A DNA stretch of 64,000 nucleotides from an uncultured Planctomycetales bacterium (GTDB taxonomy: Bacteria > Omnitrophota > Gorgyraeia > Zapsychrales > CAYRXT01), in contig CAYRXT010000012.1 of the NCBI GenBank assembly GCA_964428315.1, positions 562 to 64,561 on the forward strand. Direction: 5' to 3'. Numbering within the stretch: position 1 is the stretch's first letter; the number at the start of each line of letters is the position of its first letter. The notes below the pieces were generated by a model. That model was not told the origin of the DNA. It saw nothing but the letters and a program-made list of their open reading frames with translations, and did not search any database. Below are positions 17,962 through 26,696 of this stretch, piece after piece. The position numbers and the translations under genes were made by a program.

Positions 17962-19245
17962 ATGGAAAGAATAGCCGTCATCGGCACCGGGATCGCGGGG
18001 ATGGGCGCCGCCTATTTTTTAAGGGACCGCTATGACGTCACGTTTTACGAGAAGAACGATTATCCCGGCGGGCATACCAACACGGTATCGGTGAATGAGG
18101 GCGGACGTGAGGTCCGCATGGACACGGGTTTCATGGTCTATAACGAGGTGACCTACCCCAACCTTACGAGGCTTCTGGGGGAACTGGACGTCAGGACGAA
18201 GCCGACCACGATGTCCTTCAGCGTCCAGCATATCCCCACGGGTCTGGAATACCGCGGGACGGGTCTGAACAATCTTTTTTGTCAGCGTAAAAATATGTTC
18301 AAGGCGTCTTTCATCAGGATGCTCTGGGAAGTGCACCGTTTCAGGATGGAAGCGGACGAGGTCCTAACCGGGGAGCGGTATCACGACTATACGCTGGCAC
18401 GGTATGTCCGGGAGAAGGGTTACAGTGAGGACTTCCTGACGAAGTTCCTGGTCCCGATGAGCTCGGCGGTCTGGTCCACACCTCCCGGGATGATGCTGGA
18501 GTTTCCCGCCATGGCACTGGTCATGTTTTTCAAAAATCACGGTTTTCTGGGTTTGAAGACCCAGCACCAGTGGTTTACCGTCGATGGGGGGAGCCGGCAT
18601 TACCGCGATAAAATCATGGACCTTTTCCCCGGGAAGGTGAGGCTCAACACCCCGGCAAAAAAAGTCGCCTTACGCGACGGGAGAGTCTTTGTGGAAGACG
18701 GCAAAGGGGAAAGCGGGGCTTACGACAAGGTCATCATCGCCTCGCACGCGGACGAGGCCCTGGCCCTGCTCGAGAAGCCGACCTCCGCCCAGAAAGACCT
18801 GCTGGGGCGATTTGCGTACCAGGCCAATCCCACGGTCTTGCATACCGATACGGCCCTCATGCCGCGCATTAAACGCGCCTGGTCGTCGTGGAATTACCGT
18901 ATAGGTCCCGACAGGACGGGACAAATGCAAACCACGACCATCTACGACATGAACAGCCTTCAGAAGGTGTCGGAGCGGGAGAATTATTTTGTCTCGATCA
19001 ACGACCCCGGCTGGATCGATCCCGGAAAGATACTCTGGAAGACCGAGTATACCCATCCCGTCTATACTGTCGGGGCGCTTGAGGCGCAGAAGGGACTCGG
19101 CCGGCTGAACGACGCGGGGCCCGTCTATTTTTGCGGGAGTTACTTCCGTTACGGTTTCCACGAAGACGCCCTGACCTCGGCTGTCGAGGCCGTCCGGGCG
19201 CTCACGGGACGTTATCCGGATGGCTACGGGGGGTTTGCGCCATGA
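17962..19245 (+). CDS. ufaD: FAD-dependent amine-oxidase-family oxidoreductase, UfaD-like fatty acid desaturase
   Basis: IAVIGTGIAG, GGHTNT, DTGFMVYN..TYPN, AWSSWNY, YTHPVY and GSYFRYGFHEDA; adjacent to DUF1365 and cfa-like genes. Confidence 0.8.
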   Translation: MERIAVIGTGIAGMGAAYFLRDRYDVTFYEKNDYPGGHTNTVSVNEGGREVRMDTGFMVYNEVTYPNLTRLLGELDVRTKPTTMSFSVQHIPTGLEYRGTGLNNLFCQRKNMFKASFIRMLWEVHRFRMEADEVLTGERYHDYTLARYVREKGYSEDFLTKFLVPMSSAVWSTPPGMMLEFPAMALVMFFKNHGFLGLKTQHQWFTVDGGSRHYRDKIMDLFPGKVRLNTPAKKVALRDGRVFVEDGKGESGAYDKVIIASHADEALALLEKPTSAQKDLLGRFAYQANPTVLHTDTALMPRIKRAWSSWNYRIGPDRTGQMQTTTIYDMNSLQKVSERENYFVSINDPGWIDPGKILWKTEYTHPVYTVGALEAQKGLGRLNDAGPVYFCGSYFRYGFHEDALTSAVEAVRALTGRYPDGYGGFAP

Positions 19246-20033
19246 ATTCGTGCCTTTACGAAACCCGGATCATGCATTCACGTCTCGAGCCGAAGAAACA
19301 CCGTTTCGCGTACGGATTCTTTTCCTTTTATCTGGACCTGGACGAGATCGATGAACTGGCGAGGAAAATACCGGGATTCAGCCGAAACCGCTGGGACCTG
19401 TATTCCTTCCACGACCGGGATCATGTCGACATGGGACGGGGCAGCGTCAAGCATAATATCCTCGCCTTTCTCGGCGAACACGGGATCGGTCTTGACGGCG
19501 GCCGGATTATGCTGTTGACCTATCTCCGGACATTCGGTTATCTTTTCAATCCCGTATCCTTCTTTTTCTGTTTCGATGCCGAGGAGAGGCCGGTCTGCGT
19601 CGTGGCCGAAGTGGGCAATACCTTTGGAGAAATGAAGCTGTTCCTGATCCGGGACGGCGCCTTTAAGGACGGCCGTTTCCGCGACAGGCATGACAAATAC
19701 TATTATGTTTCTCCTTTCACAAAGCTGGACGACCAGCTGGATTTCCGGATCGCCGTCCCGGAGGAGAAGATGACCGTCGGGGTGGACACATCCCGAAACG
19801 GGAAGAAGGTCCTGGTGGCGTCGATGACCGGCGAAAGACGCGAGTTGACCGGGGGCAATCTTTTGCGCCTGAGCCTGAAATTCCCCTGGATCACCCTTAA
19901 GGTCATTGTCCTGATACACTGGCATGCCCTCTTACTCTGGATCAAGAAGATACCTTATGAACTGAAGACAAGCAATCCCCATTTGCAGAAGGAGGTCCAC
20001 CGTGTCCGGCGTAAACACTCTCGCTCTGCCTGA
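19242..20033 (+). CDS. ufaO: DUF1365 protein, UfaO-like
   Basis: HSRLEPKKHRF, GYLFNPVSF, EVGNTFGE, YVSPF and IHWHALLLW. Confidence 0.82.
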   Translation: MNSCLYETRIMHSRLEPKKHRFAYGFFSFYLDLDEIDELARKIPGFSRNRWDLYSFHDRDHVDMGRGSVKHNILAFLGEHGIGLDGGRIMLLTYLRTFGYLFNPVSFFFCFDAEERPVCVVAEVGNTFGEMKLFLIRDGAFKDGRFRDRHDKYYYVSPFTKLDDQLDFRIAVPEEKMTVGVDTSRNGKKVLVASMTGERRELTGGNLLRLSLKFPWITLKVIVLIHWHALLLWIKKIPYELKTSNPHLQKEVHRVRRKHSRSA

Positions 20034-21264
20034 TACGCGGCGAAATGAAGCCAAGGGCGGTCTCTATGAGAACATCGTTGATCACCTCATGCGCCCTATG
20101 CGTCTGGGACGGCTCGAGGTGCGCCTGCCCGGCGGCCGTGTTGTGGCCTACGGCGGAGGAGTCCAAGGCGTGCACGCGCGCATGACGGTTCATCGTCGCG
20201 ATTTTTTCCGGAAATGCGTCCTTTTCGGCGACGTCGGCTTCGGGGAATCGTACGTGGACGGGGACTGGGACACGGACAGCGTCACGAAGGTCATCGAATG
20301 GATGATCCTCAACGTGGAAAGTCATCCGACGCTGATGTCGGACAGAGAGAAGCGTTCTCCGGTCAATCTTTTGAAATTTCTCAACAATCTCCTCATCCCG
20401 CTCAGAACAAACACGCTGTCCGGCAGCCGGCGGAATATCCACAGCCATTATGATCTGGGCAACGAATTTTTCCGTCTGTTCCTTGATCCGTCCATGACGT
20501 ATTCTTCCGCCTTTTTCAGGACGGAGGAAGACACCCTGGAGGAGGCCCAGTATCAGAAGTATGAAACGTTGTGCCGCAAGATAAGGCTGAACAAGGACGA
20601 TCACGTCCTGGAGATCGGGAGCGGGTGGGGCGGTTTCGCACTCTATGCCGCCAGACGATACGGGTGCCGCGTCACCACGATCACGGTCTCGCGGCAGCAG
20701 TACGATTTTGTCCGCGACCGGATAGAGCGGGAAGGGCTGGAGGAAAGAGCCCGGGTCGCCATGAAAGATTACCGGGAAATTGACGGCCGGTTCGACAAGA
20801 TCGTATCCATCGAAATGCTGGAGGCGGTCGGCCACGCGTATTACGAAGCCTATTTCCGGCAGTGCCACCGTCTGCTCAAGAAGGACGGCATACTTGGTCT
20901 GCAGGTTATCCTCTCGCCGGACAACCGTTACGATTCATTCCGCAGGAATGTGGACTGGATTCAGAAACACGTCTTCCCGGGAAGCCTTCTGCCTTCTTTC
21001 GCCGTGCTCCAGCGGGCCGTTAACAGGACCGGGGATCTGTGCCTGCACGATTTCGAGGACATGACGCAGTCCTACGCCCGGACTCTGCGCCAGTGGTTTG
21101 ATAATTTCAACGGCCGGCTGGACGAGGCGCGTTCTCTGGGGCTGTCAGAGGCCTTTATCAGGAAATGGAATTATTATTTGTGTTATTGCGAGGCGGCGTT
21201 CAGGATGAGGAACATCGCGGCGGCCCAGATCGTGTTCAGCCGTCCGAACAACGCCATGTTATGA
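20002..21264 (+). CDS. ufaM: Cyclopropane-fatty-acyl-phospholipid synthase family methylase (Cfa/UfaM-like)
   Basis: GFGESYVDGDW, NIHSHYDLGNEFF, MTYSSA, LEIGSGWG, SIEMLEAVG and WNYYLCYCEAAF. Confidence 0.8.
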   Translation: MSGVNTLALPDTRRNEAKGGLYENIVDHLMRPMRLGRLEVRLPGGRVVAYGGGVQGVHARMTVHRRDFFRKCVLFGDVGFGESYVDGDWDTDSVTKVIEWMILNVESHPTLMSDREKRSPVNLLKFLNNLLIPLRTNTLSGSRRNIHSHYDLGNEFFRLFLDPSMTYSSAFFRTEEDTLEEAQYQKYETLCRKIRLNKDDHVLEIGSGWGGFALYAARRYGCRVTTITVSRQQYDFVRDRIEREGLEERARVAMKDYREIDGRFDKIVSIEMLEAVGHAYYEAYFRQCHRLLKKDGILGLQVILSPDNRYDSFRRNVDWIQKHVFPGSLLPSFAVLQRAVNRTGDLCLHDFEDMTQSYARTLRQWFDNFNGRLDEARSLGLSEAFIRKWNYYLCYCEAAFRMRNIAAAQIVFSRPNNAML

Positions 21265-21274
21265 GGACCGAAAT

Positions 21275-21784
21275 GTGAAGGCCAGGACGGTCGTCGTCAA
21301 CGATAAGATGCAGAAGAATTACCGTTATTGTCGGACGGAGCCGGCCGGGAGACATTTCGCCGCGGAATTCCGGCCCGATCTCACGCCGAGAGAGATGCTC
21401 GCGCTCGGGGTGTTCGGGGGCAAATACATGACCGACTGCGGTGCGGAATTTCCCTCAAGCTGGTTCCGCGGGGCGAAATTATGCGCCGAACGCCATGATC
21501 CAAGGCTCAATCATTTCGGTGTCAGTGCCAGCCAGCCGCTCAGGGTGTGGGAGAGGAAGGGCTGGATCCATCCGGCGGACCCCCGGGGCTGGTTCCAGTG
21601 GTACTGTCGCTATTATATGGGCCGGCGCATGCCCGAGGAAGATCGGCGTCAGATCAAACGGTGGAAGGCCATGAAGCGCCATGCGGCCCAGATCAGAAAG
21701 CACTGCCCCCCGGGAGACGGCGGCTGCCGGCCGAGACAGCGCCAGGCCCTGCTGCACTGGGCCTACGACAGCCGGGCCATCTGA
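21275..21784 (+). CDS. Conserved Trp/Arg-rich hypothetical protein
   Basis: LTPREMLALGVFGGKY, DPRGWFQWYCRYYMGRR, DRRQIKRW and RQALLHWAYD; GTG start 10 nt after the cfa stop. Confidence 0.8.
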   Translation: MKARTVVVNDKMQKNYRYCRTEPAGRHFAAEFRPDLTPREMLALGVFGGKYMTDCGAEFPSSWFRGAKLCAERHDPRLNHFGVSASQPLRVWERKGWIHPADPRGWFQWYCRYYMGRRMPEEDRRQIKRWKAMKRHAAQIRKHCPPGDGGCRPRQRQALLHWAYDSRAI

Positions 21785-21823
21785 GTACAGCGTAAGGCTC
21801 TTTATCCTTTTGTCCGAGTTTCT

Positions 21824-21852
21824 TTGACACGGACACAAGGGCATAGTAATAT
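21824..21852 (+). promoter_or_regulatory. Sigma70 promoter of the ferritin-like gene
   Basis: TTGACA-N17-TAATAT. Confidence 0.6.
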
Positions 21853-21930
21853 GATATCCACTAAGTGAAAGACAAGCTTGTGTCGGCATAACGGTTCATC
21901 ATGGAAGACCATAAAAAGGAGGTTGGACCA

Positions 21931-22356
21931 ATGGATAAAGCGACATTGATCAAAAACCTGAACGAGGACCTGGCTCACGAGTACAGCGCCATCGTCCAGT
22001 ACATCACCTACGCGGCCAAGGTGACGGGGCCCTACAGGCCTCAGCTGACGCAGTTTTTTCTCGCCGAGGTGGCGGACGAGCAGGGGCACGCGCAGTTCCT
22101 GGCGAACAAGATCGTGGCCCTTGGCGGAGAGCCCACCACGACGCCCGCCCCGGTCAAGGCCGCGAACACGGACCGCGAAATGGTGGGGGCCGTCCTGGAG
22201 GCCGAGCGCCTGGCCGTGAAGAATTACACGAAGAGGGCCAAAGAGGCGGATGAATTCGGCGACAAGGGACTGGTCGTCCAGATAGAGGACATGATCCGCG
22301 ATGAGAGCGGTCACTCGGAAGAGAGCGAGAGGATTTTAAAAGACTGGCCGATTTAA
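21931..22356 (+). CDS. Ferritin-like (bacterioferritin-type) di-iron protein
   Basis: AAGGAGG RBS; EYSAIVQY, DEQGHA, LGGEP and DESGH (two ExxH motifs). Confidence 0.88.
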   Translation: MDKATLIKNLNEDLAHEYSAIVQYITYAAKVTGPYRPQLTQFFLAEVADEQGHAQFLANKIVALGGEPTTTPAPVKAANTDREMVGAVLEAERLAVKNYTKRAKEADEFGDKGLVVQIEDMIRDESGHSEESERILKDWPI

Positions 22357-22395
22357 TCAGGGGTAAGGGGTAAGGGATTCGTGGCAGGAGATAAG

Positions 22396-22453
22396 AAAAG
22401 GGGGGACAGGCTGCTTTGAAGATAAGACAGAAGCAGCCTGTCCCCCCTTTTTT
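22396..22453 (+). terminator. Long hairpin terminator / REP-like inverted repeat
   Basis: 21-bp perfect stem AAAAGGGGGGACAGGCTGCTT/AAGCAGCCTGTCCCCCCTTTT with a 14-nt loop. Confidence 0.8.
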
Positions 22454-22473
22454 GATTATCCATACCTCAGGGC

Positions 22474-24342
22474 ATGAGCAAGCGCAAAAAGAAAAAAAGA
22501 GAAAGATCCGGGAAACGGCCGGTACAGGAAAAGGGTGCCGGTGACGCCGCGTTGCGCGCGCCTTCCGGTACGGCGCGCTGGATCTTTCCCGTCCTCCTGG
22601 TCCTGGTCACCGCGGTCTGTTTCTCTCCCTCTCTACGGGGCGACATAAACACATGGGATGACCAGGTCCATCTTTCCCGCCACAAGACCGTGCGCTCCCT
22701 TGAGCCGGAGAATATCCGGCGCATGTTTACCGAAACCGTCAACCGCACGTACATCCCCCTCACGACCCTGTCCTTCGCACTGGAATATCATTTCTTCGGC
22801 TACGATCCGTTCATCTATCACCTGGACAATATCCTGCTGCATATCGGTGTGGTCCTCTTGCTTTACGGGCTCGGGATCAGGCTCGGACTCGCGCCTCCAG
22901 CGGCCTTCGCGGGGTCGCTGATCTTCGCCGTCCATCCCATGCACGTCGAGTCTGTGGCCTGGGCCACGGAACGCAAGGATGTTCTGTATGCCTTCTTTTA
23001 TATTTTGTCCCTCCGGCTTTACACGGAATACGCGATAAGCGGAAGGAGGCGTCCTTATATTTTGAGCGTGCTCTGCGCGCTCTTGAGCATCCTGGCCAAG
23101 GCCATGGCCTTAAGCCTGCCACTGGTTTTGTTTGTGATTGACTGGTTTCTCAAGCGGCGGCGCGGCATCCGGCTGTTTCTTGAAAAGGTCCCCCACATGG
23201 CCGCGGTTTTCCCGATCGCATGGATCACGTATTCCCTCCATGCCCGGCCGGTAGGGGAGACCGGAGGCCAGGCCTTTTTGATCTGGGTATGGACGGCGGT
23301 TTTTTATCCCTGGAAATTTTTCTTTCCGGCCACCCTGGTCCCCCTATACGAAATGCCCCGGCCGGTCACGGTGACGAATCCCGTCTTCGGGGGAGCCCTG
23401 GCGCTCTTTGTCCTTCTTTTGGCGGCGGTTGTGCGCTTGCGCCGGCACCGGTTGTTTCTTTTCGCCGTGTTTTATTATTTTTGCTCGATATTTTTCCTTT
23501 TGCGTTACGATGATACCGTCGATCTGAATATCGTCGCCGACCGTTTTATGTATCTTCCCAGCGCCGGGATTTGTCTGTGGCTGGGCCATCTGGTTATCCG
23601 GGGCTTCAAGGAGATCAAGGCCCGACGGCCGGCCTTTTTCCCCGTGGTCCTCGCGCTTTGCGCGGCCGCGGCGGCCTGGCTTGGTCTCAAGACGTACCGG
23701 CTGACGTCCGTCTGGGAAAACAACAAGGCTTTATGGACGTATGTCAGCCGGCATTATCCCGAAAACCCGCATGCCCTGTTCGGGCTGGGGCAGGTCAGTC
23801 TCCGCGAAGGCGACCGGGAGGGCGCTTTGCGCTATTACCAGCGGGCTTACCGGAACAATTACCGTTCACCGAAAATTTTTAATAACCTCGGTGAGCTCTA
23901 TTACACGGAAGGAAAAAAAGAAAGGGCCTTCCGCCATTTCCAGACCGCCCTGAGGTATAATCCCGACTACATCCCCGCATTGAACAACCTCGGCGCTATG
24001 CTTATGGAAAAAGGCCGGTGGGCCGAAGCTTACGCCCTGATCAATCAGGGTCTGTCGATCGAGCCGGACTCCCTGGTCCTTCACCTGACCCTGGGCGACT
24101 GGTATTTGTACCGCGGAAGGGTACAGGAAGCGGTAGAGACCTTCCGCAGGGGGGCCGAAGGCACGAGGGATGTTGATCCTGAAAACGTCGCCAAACTTTA
24201 CAATCACTTGGGCGCGGCCCTTCTCAAAGAGGGGGAATCCGGAGAAGCGAAGGAGGCGTTTGAAAAGGCGCTCGAGATCCGGCCGGACTTTGAGAACGCC
24301 AGGCATAACCTGAAACAGATGGAGGCGTCCGGGAACCCTTGA
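22474..24342 (+). CDS. TMTC-like GT-C membrane glycosyltransferase with C-terminal TPRs
   Basis: WDD loop, YIPLTTLSF, FAVHPMHVESVAWATERKD, ADRFMYLP, followed by TPR repeats. Confidence 0.88.
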   Translation: MSKRKKKKRERSGKRPVQEKGAGDAALRAPSGTARWIFPVLLVLVTAVCFSPSLRGDINTWDDQVHLSRHKTVRSLEPENIRRMFTETVNRTYIPLTTLSFALEYHFFGYDPFIYHLDNILLHIGVVLLLYGLGIRLGLAPPAAFAGSLIFAVHPMHVESVAWATERKDVLYAFFYILSLRLYTEYAISGRRRPYILSVLCALLSILAKAMALSLPLVLFVIDWFLKRRRGIRLFLEKVPHMAAVFPIAWITYSLHARPVGETGGQAFLIWVWTAVFYPWKFFFPATLVPLYEMPRPVTVTNPVFGGALALFVLLLAAVVRLRRHRLFLFAVFYYFCSIFFLLRYDDTVDLNIVADRFMYLPSAGICLWLGHLVIRGFKEIKARRPAFFPVVLALCAAAAAWLGLKTYRLTSVWENNKALWTYVSRHYPENPHALFGLGQVSLREGDREGALRYYQRAYRNNYRSPKIFNNLGELYYTEGKKERAFRHFQTALRYNPDYIPALNNLGAMLMEKGRWAEAYALINQGLSIEPDSLVLHLTLGDWYLYRGRVQEAVETFRRGAEGTRDVDPENVAKLYNHLGAALLKEGESGEAKEAFEKALEIRPDFENARHNLKQMEASGNP

Positions 24343-24379
24343 AAAACCGGCGGAGGGTTCCCGTTGTTCATAAAAAATT

Positions 24380-24408
24380 TTGTCACGGCGCCGGCAGTAT
24401 GGTATACT
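24380..24408 (+). promoter_or_regulatory. Putative sigma70 promoter
   Basis: TTGTCA-N17-TATACT with TGn extension. Confidence 0.5.
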
Positions 24409-24504
24409 CAATCCATACAACCTGAAACCGCGCGGCGTTGCAGCCGCGACGATCACCCATCCAACTGAATATCCAAAACAGGGGGATGGGATTTTTTTTG
24501 CCTT

Positions 24505-25950
24505 ATGGAGACAAAAACAAAGATCGCCTTTCTCTTGGTTCTCGCTCTGGCTGTCTGGGCGCGGACCGCTTCTCTGCCGGGAGAGGCCCTGTGCACCGAC
24601 GAGCTTTTTACCCGGCAGGCGGGGCTGGAGTTTTTCGGTTCGGGTCTGGACGCCGTGCGGTCGGACCTGGTCCACCCGCCGGTTTATTACGTCCTCGTCC
24701 ATTTGTTTTTGAGGGTTTTCGGCGATCATGCCTTAGGCCTGCGGCTGGTGTCTTTGCTCAGCGGCGTGGCATGCGTCGCCGTTACAATGTTCTGGACGGA
24801 GCGGAAAACGGGAAGGCCGTCGGCCGGCATGCTTGCCGGCGCGCTCCTGGCGGTTTCTTCTCCCATGATCTTCTACAGCCAGCAGGCGCGCAGTTACGCC
24901 CTGTACGCGCTGTTGTTCTTTCTTGTCATGGCGGCGGCGGATTGGGCATTGAGTTTCCCCGGACAAAGAGGACGCTGGTTAACGCTCTCTTTGCTTATCG
25001 CGCTGTTCGTGTTCACCCACTATATCGCGGTCCTGTATCTCGCGGCTCTGGGTCTGGGGATCCTGCTCAACGGCAGGACAAGGATCCGGCTTATCCTAAA
25101 ATATTTTCTGTCATGTCTCCCCGCGGCAGTACTGATCGGGGCCTGGATGTGTTTTCTCTGGCCGTCTTTCCAGGAAAGGGGAGGACTGGAAGGAAACCTT
25201 TCCTGGATCGAAACACCCTTGATTCATTCTCTCGCTTATGTGTTCGGGACGTTCAACGGCGCGCCGCCGGTCAATCACGGAACAGTGTTTTCTCTATTGG
25301 TCCTTTTTGGCCTGACGGCTGCTGTGGTCTGCCAAATGTTCATTCTAAGGACGGATGACCGGGCGGGGATCGACCGGCCGATCAAATTCTGCCTGGCGGC
25401 CGCCTTTTTTCCGCCGGCCGCGTTGTTTCTCCTGGCCCGGCCGCCGTTTTCCCTCCCGATCTGGGGGTTGAGGCATCTCCTTCCTTCCCAGGCCGCCCTG
25501 GTCGTTTTTCTTGTCCTGGGCCTTTGGCGTTTTTTCGGGGAAAGGAAAAAGATCCTGGTGCCGGCATGCGCGCTCCTTATCGGGCTTCAGGCGGGGGGCA
25601 GCGCGATGTGGCTTAATCCTCCCGTAAGAATGCCTTATGATAAGGTAGCCCGGGTCCTGGAGGACGGATATCCCCGGAGTTTCGAGGTTTTGGCCGCGTG
25701 GGACGGCATCGCCGGACCGGTCAATTATTATTTGAAGGAAAGGCCGTCCGTACAATTGATCCCCGAAAACGCGGACGGCCTGCCGGCAAGTTTCATCTTG
25801 CTGTACCGTCCGGCGATCGAGCGGGAGATGGCGTTTTATGAAAGGGCGCGCGACGCAGGATGGGAGGATATGGAAACGAAAGAATTCGACGCTTCTTACG
25901 GCCGCAAGGTCCTGCTGAAATTGATGAGCAACCCCCGGAGTGGACGATGA
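24505..25950 (+). CDS. GT-C (GT39/ArnT-like) membrane glycosyltransferase
   Basis: LCTDE, HPPVYY, LRLVS, YSQQARSY and FTHY motifs; multiple TM segments. Confidence 0.82.
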   Translation: METKTKIAFLLVLALAVWARTASLPGEALCTDELFTRQAGLEFFGSGLDAVRSDLVHPPVYYVLVHLFLRVFGDHALGLRLVSLLSGVACVAVTMFWTERKTGRPSAGMLAGALLAVSSPMIFYSQQARSYALYALLFFLVMAAADWALSFPGQRGRWLTLSLLIALFVFTHYIAVLYLAALGLGILLNGRTRIRLILKYFLSCLPAAVLIGAWMCFLWPSFQERGGLEGNLSWIETPLIHSLAYVFGTFNGAPPVNHGTVFSLLVLFGLTAAVVCQMFILRTDDRAGIDRPIKFCLAAAFFPPAALFLLARPPFSLPIWGLRHLLPSQAALVVFLVLGLWRFFGERKKILVPACALLIGLQAGGSAMWLNPPVRMPYDKVARVLEDGYPRSFEVLAAWDGIAGPVNYYLKERPSVQLIPENADGLPASFILLYRPAIEREMAFYERARDAGWEDMETKEFDASYGRKVLLKLMSNPRSGR

Positions 25951-26696
25951 CAAGACAGAAGGCCGTGATTGTCGTGCCATGTTTTAACGAGGCCAAACGC
26001 CTTCCGGTTGCAACATTCCGCAGATTCATGGGCATGAACAGGCATATCCGGTTTATATTCGTGGATGACGGGAGCACGGATGGAACGCTTTCGGTCCTCA
26101 GGGAACTCGCCGCGGACTCCCCGGACCGGGCCCTTGCGCTGCATCTCAAGCGGAATGCCGGCAAGGCCGAGGCGGTGCGGCAGGGGATGCTCAGGGCCGT
26201 GGAATACGGTCCGGATATTGTCGGATTCTGGGACGCGGACCTGGCCACGCCCCTGGAGGCTGTCCCTGAGCTGTTGGCTGTTTTCGCAAAACGGCCCATG
26301 GTCGAATGGATATTCGGCGCGAGGGTCCAGCTTCTCGGACGCAATATCCGGCGCCGGTCAATGAGGCATTACTCGGGACGAATTTTCGCCACCCTGGCCT
26401 CGCTGACGCTGGGGCTTGCCGTCTACGATACCCAGTGCGGCGCCAAGCTTTTCCGCTGCGACAATCTTTTGAAAGCCGTCATCCGCGAAAAATTCCGCAC
26501 GCGTTGGATCTTCGACGTGGAGCTGATCGCCCGCATGCGCAAGACATTCCGCGACGTCTTTGCGCCCCAGGAGGTCATCTTTGAGTATCCCTTGACGGAA
26601 TGGATCGATATCGAAGGTTCGAAAGTGAAGGCGCTGGATTTTCTCAGGGCCTTCGGCGATTTGCTGAAGATATGGATTTATCTTTTGAAGCGGTAA
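25947..26696 (+). CDS. GT2 polyprenol-phosphate glycosyltransferase (Alg5-like)
   Basis: VVPCFNEAKRL, DDGSTD, NAGKAEAVRQG, DADLATP, YDTQCGAKLF and FDVEL. Confidence 0.88.
   Translation: MTRQKAVIVVPCFNEAKRLPVATFRRFMGMNRHIRFIFVDDGSTDGTLSVLRELAADSPDRALALHLKRNAGKAEAVRQGMLRAVEYGPDIVGFWDADLATPLEAVPELLAVFAKRPMVEWIFGARVQLLGRNIRRRSMRHYSGRIFATLASLTLGLAVYDTQCGAKLFRCDNLLKAVIREKFRTRWIFDVELIARMRKTFRDVFAPQEVIFEYPLTEWIDIEGSKVKALDFLRAFGDLLKIWIYLLKR

Noticed and set aside
21931-22356. Encapsulin cargo ferritin
   Set aside because: No encapsulin gene nearby and no C-terminal targeting peptide.
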